Shown one piece after another: positions 11,186 through 20,000 of a stretch of DNA of 20,000 bases. The notes beneath the pieces are model-generated. The model saw nothing but the letters and a program-made list of their open reading frames with translations, made no database searches and had not been told where the DNA came from. A program made the translations under genes and the position numbers. Position 1 is the stretch's first letter. Each line of letters starts with the position of its first letter. This stretch comes from Halocafeteria seosinensis. Its lineage: Eukaryota. Where the stretch lies: NCBI GenBank assembly GCA_001687465.1, contig LVLI01000939.1:50304-70303 (forward strand). Reading direction: 5' to 3'.

Positions 11186-13531
11186 TTACAGTTCTTGTAG
11201 TCGCTTCTTTTCGGCGCCGTCGAGTTTAATATCATCTAGTTTGCGCAAGCTCTTCAGCTTATACTTCATTGTGGCGGCAAGCGATTCTAGCGTGGCAATG
11301 TCTTCTTCTAGCCTCAGCTTGTCGCTCTCAGTCTGGGCTAACTTAGCTTTCACCGCACCCCACTGATACTCCGCTTCATCCTTCTCGTCATTTCTGGTTT
11401 GCAAAAGATCCTTCTGGTTACGAATGTTCTCGTAGAGTAGTTCCGTTTGTTCCCGCAACCTCACTGCTTCAACTTCAGAAGATTTCGCCTTCTCCTCAGC
11501 AACTTCCGCTTGATGCTTCAAGTCGTTATGTTTCCCCTGTTCTTCTGCCAGCTGCTTTTCCACTCTGGCTTTTTCTTCTTCAACAGCAGCAAGCTTTTCT
11601 GAGCTGTCTAGTCTGTTTTTTAAGTTTTCAATTACGTCGTCACTTAGATTCCTCACCTGCGAAGCCAAATCCTCGCGTTCATCCTTGGCCTGCTGTAGTT
11701 GCTGGACAATTTTGTCTTCTGCTGTTTTGTGGCTTTCAAGTAATCTGTCGAATTTATTTGACCACCGTTCAACTTCGTTTGATTTGTTGTCTATTATACC
11801 CTGAAGATGTTCTTCTTTTTCCGCAGCTCTTTGATTGGCATCATGTAAACTCTTTTCAAACGTCTCTCGTTCATGGTTAAGACGCTCTTCAATTGACTTT
11901 ACCTTGCCTTCAGAAGCTGTCAATTGACTGTGTACCGATTCTAGCTTTCTTTGGGAAGCACGAAAGGCAGCGTCAGAGAGATCGGATGCACGCTGGGACC
12001 ATTGTTGAAGCCATTCCGCAGGGAGCCGGGAAATGACCGCAGACGTAAGGACATGTTCCTTAGCAGGTCCGTGAGCTCGTTCCAGATACTCGTGGTGAAG
12101 ATCCTTGATGGCATGCTGGTACACGCTTGATACGCTAGGGAACGGCAGCAGCTCTGAGTCGCTACCCTGGGACGAGCTCTCTTTAATCTTTGCTTCTGCG
12201 GTATCTTTATACTGAGGAATAAGTTCCTGCAACAGCGACTCGCAGTGGCGTTTACTCGCTTCAAAGTTTTCATCAACGAACTTGATGAATTCTTCTTCCA
12301 GCCTCTGCGAAAGCTGAGCTTCAAATGTAGCAACGCGTTCCGTGTCTTTTACACTGTTTCTGTGAAAGACGCTCCGCGATGTTGCAGACACTTCAGCGTG
12401 CACTTTGCGCAGTTCCTTGCCCTCGAAGATACGATACTCACCGGTGTCTCTTCTTGTCCTTTCGTTCATTTCGTCGCGGTACTTGCGTAGAGCCGCTTCC
12501 ACGGCCTCAGAGCACTGAGTCTGAATGACACGATCCCAGGCCGTGCTAATTGTTGGAGTCTTATTATCATTCAAAGCAGCGACATATTGCTGCGCAAGAT
12601 TTGCCAACATTGCGCCGTTCAAAGGTTGTCCGTACATCGTCTTGGGCCGTACGGTGTTGAACACGCGCTTCTTCAAAGCCTCCAGTTGTTTCCGAAACTC
12701 TGGGCGCAATTCTTCATCTGGCTGATCTGCAAGACGCGCTAGTTGTTTTTCATCATTCACTGGCCGAACCATTGTGATGCAGTCCCGTTCTGGAAAGAAA
12801 TTCCTTAGTAAGAGACGGACGGCATTCTTCTGTTCAGCGGATTCAGAAGACGAGTCTTCCGGACGAAGAGCCTCTTCCAAGTATTCTCGGGCACTAATTT
12901 TCTTCCCATTTCTTTCAAGTTTCACAGAGAAATCCCGTACAACCCAAAGAAAATGAGGGAAAAACTGCGAGAACTCTGTGCCAGTATCTTCATCCGTCTG
13001 ACGTGCTTTGACGTGGATATACTTCGTCAGGTTCACCACAAGCGACAGTCGTTGAATTGCGTTGCCATCGATGGTCCCAAAACTGTTATAGATGAAATAG
13101 CTGCTCAAGAGCAGGGCTAGTGCAAATATACGGCAGTCATACGTCTCTGAACGATTCGTGGATCCTAATCCCTCGGTGTCCAAGAACAAGATATGCTCAT
13201 CACTGTCGTCTGTTTCAAGTGCTTTCCCCCAGATCCAGATACCCTTGGTGCATGCTTTCACCGTGGGTCCAACCTGGAACCCTTTGGGTGCATCCATCAT
13301 CTTATTGAGCAAATAACTCTTGCCTGTACGATAAATACCTGCAATGGACACCACGGCAATCTTGCCTTGGAGGCTGTTCAAGTAGTCCACGGCATCTTGG
13401 TGGACTACAAAGCGATTCGTCTCCTCATCGATAGTGATAAACGAGAGAGGGGTATCCCATTGTCCGTCTTGAGTCTGAGGAGCATGATCGCCTCCTTGTA
13501 CATCCCCATTGGGGGCTTCATTCGAGGCCAT
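11186..13531 (-). CDS. Guanylate-binding protein (GBP/atlastin-like large GTPase) with a helical domain and long C-terminal coiled coil; 781 aa, intronless
   Basis: G1 VVSIAGIYRTGKSYLLN, G2 ACTKGIWIW, G3 LDTEGLG, IFALALLLSSYFIYNS and G4 FPHFLWVVRDF, followed by an E/K/Q/L heptad-rich C-terminal ~250 aa. The first ATG (MASNEAP) is at 13531. Confidence 0.95.
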   Translation of the reverse strand: MASNEAPNGDVQGGDHAPQTQDGQWDTPLSFITIDEETNRFVVHQDAVDYLNSLQGKIAVVSIAGIYRTGKSYLLNKMMDAPKGFQVGPTVKACTKGIWIWGKALETDDSDEHILFLDTEGLGSTNRSETYDCRIFALALLLSSYFIYNSFGTIDGNAIQRLSLVVNLTKYIHVKARQTDEDTGTEFSQFFPHFLWVVRDFSVKLERNGKKISAREYLEEALRPEDSSSESAEQKNAVRLLLRNFFPERDCITMVRPVNDEKQLARLADQPDEELRPEFRKQLEALKKRVFNTVRPKTMYGQPLNGAMLANLAQQYVAALNDNKTPTISTAWDRVIQTQCSEAVEAALRKYRDEMNERTRRDTGEYRIFEGKELRKVHAEVSATSRSVFHRNSVKDTERVATFEAQLSQRLEEEFIKFVDENFEASKRHCESLLQELIPQYKDTAEAKIKESSSQGSDSELLPFPSVSSVYQHAIKDLHHEYLERAHGPAKEHVLTSAVISRLPAEWLQQWSQRASDLSDAAFRASQRKLESVHSQLTASEGKVKSIEERLNHERETFEKSLHDANQRAAEKEEHLQGIIDNKSNEVERWSNKFDRLLESHKTAEDKIVQQLQQAKDEREDLASQVRNLSDDVIENLKNRLDSSEKLAAVEEEKARVEKQLAEEQGKHNDLKHQAEVAEEKAKSSEVEAVRLREQTELLYENIRNQKDLLQTRNDEKDEAEYQWGAVKAKLAQTESDKLRLEEDIATLESLAATMKYKLKSLRKLDDIKLDGAEKKRLQEL

Positions 13532-15920
13532 AATCACGTCGAACCTGAGGTGACTTAGCCGTCTCTCTGTATGATGGTACACAATCAATCAGCAAGAGGA
13601 AGACAGTATGCGGATGCATACGTAGGTCACAATTTCCACCTCTTGTAAGTACAGAAATTATGATGGAACAAGCCTTAACACAACCCCTGGCGGCAGCATT
13701 CAGAATTTCAGTGACCTTCACGCGGAAAACGACAAAACGCAACCGGCACGACAATGCAGTGTATTGTACACTGTGTACAAGTAAAGTTATCAAACTCATT
13801 GAATCATGTTGATAAAAGAGATGAGAAACCAAATACACCAGTGTCCATGCAGACGTACGTGCAAAACAAGTATCCCGTTGGTCCAATTGTCCTCCTTTGT
13901 GTACAAGTATGTAGCCGGATTCCAAGCCTCTTGTACCTCGATTTGGATGCGGAACCCCAACTCAGGATTCCGGTTGTATACTTAAATTACACAAGGCTTT
14001 GCTGTAATCATTGGAGAATTTAATGCCAGTGGATGCAAATATCGTACGATGTTGCCGCTGGGTATAGCGTACGGCTATTTTTCGATGCAACTATCAGTTA
14101 TGGAAATGGAACCTGTACAGCTCTCAGTGCGGAGCCACTGGAGACGAGACGTAGAATACTTCATGATGGAAGTGGGCATAAGTATGCAAACATTTAGAAA
14201 GTGAAAGCACTAAGTAGAAATACACTGAGAAACAGGCCACACTGAAACCAGGTCATTTAATTTGATCGTGGTTCAGCAACTGATTTCAAATCCTACTACT
14301 GGAATCCAATGGACCATTTCTGCCGATTTATGATCTCAGCACGTTTTGGGAGCGGTGGGTACCCTTAATGTTATCACAGAATCAACTAGAGTCTCTCATC
14401 TCGAGTTGGAGTTTCAACATACAACTTGAGAGGCTGAAGTAGGCACTTCAAGTCTTAACGGCATGCGCAACTTGACGGCAGACACGTCTTCCGGTAGGAG
14501 CAATACGAGTACACACATAGGCAAGGTTGTGCGGCAAGACTCTTGAAGCAACGTTTTGATGTGATTGATGGATTGGGGAAACAATGCACCTGACAAACTT
14601 GTTCTATCTCATAGATTTCTTACCCCTTCGCATTCGTAGATATTCGTAACCGGTCAGTCGTGCGCAGCGTACAGGATAGTCTATCTATGATTCGTAAAGC
14701 ACGCATATTTCACTTAAGGTGGCAGCACAAAACTATTCCATCGAGTGTAATTACTTATACAGTCGTGACTCTTTTATTGATGGTAACGATGAAGTTGGTT
14801 CAGGAAGAACACAAAATTCTATATTGGGTTCAGTGTCCAGCCGATACATGTACCGTGTAGTATTTCGAAAGAGAAGTTGCCGGTGCCCGTGTACTTATTG
14901 AACTCGCTACCGAAACGATGGGAACCTACACGTGCACACTATGTCATGGACAGTGTACAACGGGAGCTACGTCGTCTTTCGAACCGCCTAGCAGAAGGAA
15001 TTCCTCGAGCTGTTTTGCACCGGGAAGCAGCAGCACAGCAGAACTTCTTCCCGAAGTTCACTGGGATCTACAAATCTTGAAGCATCAAATGGAATTGCTT
15101 CAGTCGCTTCATCCTTGCCATAATTATTCTACCGATACAAGAAGAAAGGCAATAGAAGTCTTGAACGAGCAGAAGCATACGAGAGAAAGAGAAGAGGGAG
15201 GCAAGAGGAATCAGTGAAACAGTGGTGGAAGCAGGATCAGGATAGGACTACACTGTACTGTACCGACACACACACGCATTCCCGTCAGTTCTGTTCGTCT
15301 TACTGTTGGGGTCTTGCAATGCATATATCTAGATATGTTTCATGCTCTACATATGAATAAGATACAGCACCGAAACCAAACGTTACCAGCGCAGCGGTTC
15401 CTGGGTTTCCACACATATGGAATTGACTGCGGGATCCCACTGTACGCCCGGTGCGTGTACAACTTCCTAGGCAACAGGGATAATAAGTAGATACATTTGC
15501 CGCATACGATACCGGATCACTGTTGCCTTCTAATCACACTTAGGTTTTAGGGGATGGAGGATTCATGGCTTACGAAATCAGATTATCTCAGTTCCTACGC
15601 GAGTCGCGACGTTGAAGTCTGCAAGTTTCACTGTTTGAACTTCACAGCCACGATGAAAGACGCATCCGAAGATGAACCTCCAAGAAATGTAGTTCAGGGC
15701 GAATGATTGAATCGCAGTGCTCACCAAGCAATGCACGATAAATTGGCACTTTGTTCTCCATGTGGCAACCGTGGTTTGACGTGTGTCATAAATATAGTTC
15801 TTAGTTAAAGCGGGCTCTCCTTAACGGGTGTTGACAAACTGTGCTCCAGTTCATTTCGAAGGCATTTTACGTCTATCTTGCCTCAAGCAGTCCTTGCACT
15901 CGATATTTGAAGCCGCGATT

Positions 15921-16664
15921 ATGCCGCCGAAAAGCTCGAGGAGCGGAGCCAAGAGTGGAGGAGGTGGCTCAGAGGAGCAATTGGAGCATCTCTTGAACTT
16001 GGCAAATAAGGAATATGTTAAGCCAGAACTGTCGTTTGTAGAATGGCCGGAACCAAATGAAACACTGGATGAGGAAATTATCCAAAGGGGGAAGAAGGTG
16101 TTTGAGAGATTCGATACAGCATCCACGGGTTACATTGCTACTAGCGAGTTAGGGGCTTGTCTTCGAGCTCTTGGATTCTACCCCACAGTGGTATGTATTT
16201 CATGTAGTTGATGCCATCAGTTCGCGGGATCAAAGTCTGAGTGCTTGCAGAAGGAGGTAAAAGGCTATGGAAGTGCAGTGGAAGAGGATGGGCGGATTGA
16301 CTACACAGGCTGGCTTAAGGTTCTGGCTCGAATAAAAGGAGATGAATACTCACAGGACGCAGCAATTGCAGCGTTTAAGAAATTTGATCCAGAGAATAGG
16401 GGATACGTTACCCTTGCTAAGTGCCGTGAAATATTAGGAAAGCTGGGAGATGAACCGATGAATCCGGGCATGGTGGAGCACCTAATGCAGGTAAGTGAGA
16501 CTGTAGAAGAATCTCCGACACGTACAGCATTATAGAACCCTCTGCTGCAGTATGCTGACCCCGATGACGCGGGAGAAGTCGATTACGTAGCCTTTGTCCA
16601 ACGAGTTATCGCGGAAGCGTCACAACCACCACCGGACCTAGGTGAAAAGAAGAAGAAAAAATAG
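15921..16664 (+). CDS. Calmodulin-like four-EF-hand protein (light-chain or DRC8/EFCAB2-like), 207 aa, 3 exons
   Basis: Exons 15921-16190, 16251-16490 and 16551-16664, with two 60-nt introns. Translation includes VFERFDTASTGYIATSELGACLRALGFYPT, AFKKFDPENRGYVT..LGKLGDEPM and ADPDDAGEVDYVAFV, and ends KKKKK*. Confidence 0.88.
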
Positions 16665-16720
16665 ACGCACATTATCGCACATTAGGTATGCAGCACAAGT
16701 TTATATGTATTAGTTAGGTT

Positions 16721-18648
16721 TCAAAACCTGTCATAATAATCAGCACTGCCTCGACTTTGTCTTTCCTCCAAGTAATCGTCTACATTAACGGGAGCATCCA
16801 TTATCGAGGAAAGAGCCTCTGATCTTCCTGACCCTCTTGATCGATCTGAATCACTCAAGTTGCTGTGAGCGCTCTCACGGCGAGGCTGTTTTTTATTTTT
16901 CTTTGAAAATAAGGAGAATATCCCCCTGTTTGATTTTGTCTTGTTCGTTATACTGGTTTCCTCACTCTTAGTGGAAGAGGGAAACAAACTCGCAGGCTTA
17001 AAGGTGCCCCTTTGGTTTCTCCCAGCACGCGAATGCGACTTCGTGTCTAGACTGACCATCGACACCTCACCATCCTCTTTCATTTCTTCTCTATGACGTC
17101 TAATTCTTTTATCTTCAGTGGATATGGCTCTTTGCCCGACTGGTTTTCCAGTCAACCAAAACGCGTGAGGGTTACTCCGGGCGTATCGGGAAGAGCGGCT
17201 TTCGGTTTTGTTGATGCCCACGTTCGGTACTAATAGCGATCTACCTTCTGCCAGGGCATCTTCTTGTGTAACCAGATCTTCGTTTTCACCTCCGTCTTCG
17301 GTTGAAAAAAGCGATTCCTCATTTAAGTTGGCAAACCTTTGAGGGTCGTGAGCAACGAGTTCGCCGTTCTTATTGTGATCCTCGTAGTACGCGAGCAGAT
17401 TGCTATTCAACTTTCCATATGCAAATTCAAAATCAAACAGTTCATCATTTTCAGGTCCTGACATGTTACCAAAGGAGTCTCCAAGAAGATCCTCCCCAGT
17501 CAGTTTCTTCTGGGCGGTATACTGCGGGCGATGATAACATGAAGCGCACCTTTTAAAACACGCCTCTGGAAGTACACAATATAAGCATTGACAAAAGCAA
17601 TCAAGTATCCTGGAGAGCGTACGAGCGGATATCCCATAGACAAGAAGATTAAAAAATCCTTGCGAAGGAAACAAAAACGCCTCCAAGTAAACTAGCGTAG
17701 GTTGCGGGTGGTGTCCATCTGAAAATATCTGATATACACGGTTGATTAATCCCGGGAGGACCACAAGCAGAAAAACGAAAAGAAACAATGCCAACCGAAA
17801 TCTTATCCTAGAGTAAGCTTTAGAGAGCTTAGCCACCAAGTTTTCTGCATTTGTAGTAGTAAACCCATTCATTTGGAATTGATATAATCCCTCTCGCTGC
17901 ATTTGCGGTAAGCTGCTAAAAATTTTCACGGTCACGTAAGTGTTGTGTGCCAAGACGATTACTAGAGGAAGGAAAAAGAGAACAAACTGCTCCACTGCTC
18001 CGGATATCGCCCAAGCAGTATCTTTGTGAGTGGAAGAAATCCAACACCAAGGTCGTTCATCTAACCCGATACTCCTGTGTCCAAGACCTGCTTTGACTCC
18101 CAAATAAACTAACGAGAACGCAGGTAAACCCCACGAAATCATATGATAATATCGCTCTCGCCTCTGGAAGCAATTTATTAAACACATGGATAACGAGAGT
18201 GAACAGGCTGCCACTGTAGTCAAGTGGCACTTACGTTCATGTCTTCCACCGAGCGTTCCTTCACAAATATTAGGTGTAAATGCCTCGCTAAACAGGCCGT
18301 CCACAAAAACGAGGCGAGGAAGAAGAACTGTAAAACATAGCCCTGCGCGATGCAAGCGTTTGATATACTATCCATCGTGACTGTCATATGGCCAGCGTAG
18401 ACCCATGCGGCCGAGCAGATGATGTCGCAGGTACTGATGTAAATGAGTAGTTTTCTGATCAGTAGTAAACGGTGGCCGTAGACGTTCAAGGTGTAGAGAA
18501 TAATTGTAGCCCCTCCCAGAAACGAAATTATACCGGAGACAGTCAGGAGAATGTCTTGTACTTTATTGTGACTGGTGGTTGTTGGTGCGAATGGCTCAGC
18601 ACTTCCACCTCCTCCACTCGGTATCGAGCCATTCCCAAACGACGACAT
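16721..18648 (-). CDS. 7TM GPCR of the cAMP-receptor-like / GCR1 family, 618 aa, 2 exons, long C-terminal tail
   Basis: Exons 18648-18235 and 18163-16721; intron 18234-18164 (GTAAGT..CAG). There are seven hydrophobic segments with family motifs SFLGG (TM1), LLIYISTCD (TM2), CIAQGYVLQFFFLASFLWTACLA (TM3), YYHMISWGLP (TM4), WCWI (ECL2), LPGLINRVY (TM6) and QGFFNLLVYG (TM7). Confidence 0.93.
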
Positions 18649-18951
18649 CTCGCCAGATGTGGCTTTCCTCCTATCAGGATACCATGAGACCCACCCATAT
18701 ACTGTGGTATCATCAGGCAATACAAGCTGGATAACTAATTAAGGGCCTTGAAGACGGTCCGAAGTTGAAGTTATGACACGACAATCTTTTGTGCTATTAG
18801 TTGTTTGCGGCATGCACATAGCTGTTTTTGCGCAATGGATGACCGAAGTATTGGCTCATACATACATATCTTATTTACTCTACTGCCCAATGTGCTGGCG
18901 ACTGTTCATATTGCACGAATAGTGTGCGAGAACGCCCTACGAAGAAGCAAA

Positions 18952-20000
18952 ATGGCCGCGGGGTCCGCCGCAGAGCTGGACAGGTACGTCTAATGTCTTC
19001 CAAATGAGGCCCATTTACCCCTTACAGCACGCATTACGCTTTGCCGCTTCATCTACAGGATGCGAGAGCTCCTGAACAGCTACTATGGAGATCTGGACGA
19101 TGATGAGGAAGAGGAAGAAGAGGACCAGTCCGAGGAGCAATGGGGAGAGGAAGAAGGATATACAGACCAAGAGACGGGAAGTCAACAACATTATCCAAGC
19201 AAAGCGCATCGGCAGCAGACACGTCATTCGTCCGGCCAAGCCCTTAACATTGATAAGCCGGCATTCGATCCAACAGCATTTTTAAGAGAACAACTCTCCT
19301 CGAAGAGTCTACCAGAACTCGCCGCATACGACGAAAAACTGGCCATGGACACGAAATCGTTGGACGCAAACATGCAAAACCTAGTGTATGAGAACTACAA
19401 TAAGTTTATTGGTGCAACAGATACCATCCGGGAAATGAGGCATAGCGTTGGTGAAATTGAAAGCGAAATGGAGCATCTCAATTCGCACATGTCAGAACTG
19501 AAGAACAAGAATGATTCCTTAAACGAAAAGCTGGGACCAAACATTGGCAAAACTGAGCAGCTGATAGGAGTTCGAAGACTACTCCAAAGGCTGGAGTTTT
19601 TGTTCGATCTTCCTGTCAGATTAAAACGTTGCATCGAACTTGATGCGTTGTCGCAAGCTGTGCGTTCCTACAACGTAGCTGCCGACGTCCTTCGCAGGTA
19701 TAGCCATGTACCGTCTCTTCATCAGATCTACGTTGAGGCTTCGAAAACTATTGAAAACCTAAAAGTTCAACTGCGTAACCAGATCGAGAGCGCCGACAAG
19801 GCAAACTCTTCACAAAAGGCGATTAGCGATGTGATAGAGGCCATCCAGTTGCTGGTACAACTGAAGGAACCCCACAGCAATTTGCGAGGTTTGTTTTTAA
19901 CTTGGCAGCGTCAACATCTATTGGGAGTTTTGGATCGCTTCGTCGCGTCGTACCAAGAAAACGCTCGTAATTCACTACAACAACAGCATGGGACCTCAGA
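18952..20000 (+). CDS. VPS51: GARP/EARP tethering complex subunit Vps51 (5' part, runs off the window end)
   Basis: Exon 18952-18983, intron 18984-19058 (GTACGT..CAG), exon 19059-20000 open to the edge. Translation: MRELLNSYYG..LNIDKPAFDPTAFL..SLDANMQNLVYENYNKFIGATDTIREM..LLQRLEFLFDLPVRLKRCIE..AVRSY, which are Vps51 signatures. Not in the ORF track. Confidence 0.93.

Noticed and set aside
11186..13531. Intronless GBP as a possible retrocopy or horizontal transfer
   Set aside because: Neighbouring genes also have 1.1-1.7 kb exons, and I saw no poly(A) remnant or target-site duplication.
13995..14030. AVIIGEFNA, resembling the GDFNA motif of LINE AP endonucleases
   Set aside because: The catalytic Asp is absent, and no other APE or reverse-transcriptase motifs are nearby.
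14848..14901. YRVVFRKRSCRCP, resembling the first half of a SWIM zinc finger
   Set aside because: A stop follows almost immediately, and no CxH half can be reached through a consensus intron.
15462..15770. RFX X-box-like half sites (cctaggcaac, gtggcaac) upstream of the EF-hand gene
   Set aside because: The spacing is imperfect, and RFX factors are not expected in the inferred lineage.
1291..16723. Non-standard genetic code or stop-codon reassignment
   Set aside because: TAG, TAA and TGA all terminate well-supported genes, and in-frame stops in those genes are all removed by ordinary introns.

Overview
Compact eukaryotic (protist) genomic DNA, probably from a stramenopile; this lineage call is an inference from G-alpha motifs and gene content. 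Splicing out 18 short GT-AG introns (55-94 nt) by hand gives nine protein-coding genes: a partial ETNPPL/PHYKPL-type class-III aminotransferase (-), a heterotrimeric G-alpha (-), a FAM227-like protein (+), a U2AF65-like splicing factor (+), an NAA60-like GNAT acetyltransferase (+), a guanylate-binding protein with a long coiled coil (-), a calmodulin-like EF-hand protein (+), a cAMP-receptor/GCR1-family 7TM GPCR (-) and a partial VPS51 (+). I found no RNA genes, CRISPR arrays or intact mobile elements, and no clearly new multi-gene system. The best leads are a GPCR and a G-alpha about 14 kb apart, an acidic tail on that G-alpha, a U2AF65-like protein lacking the U2AF35-binding ULM, a possible unannotated small spliced gene at 8732-9140, and a possible decayed zinc-finger ORF in the 2.4-kb gap at 13532-15920. 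All family assignments come from recalled motifs, not database searches.
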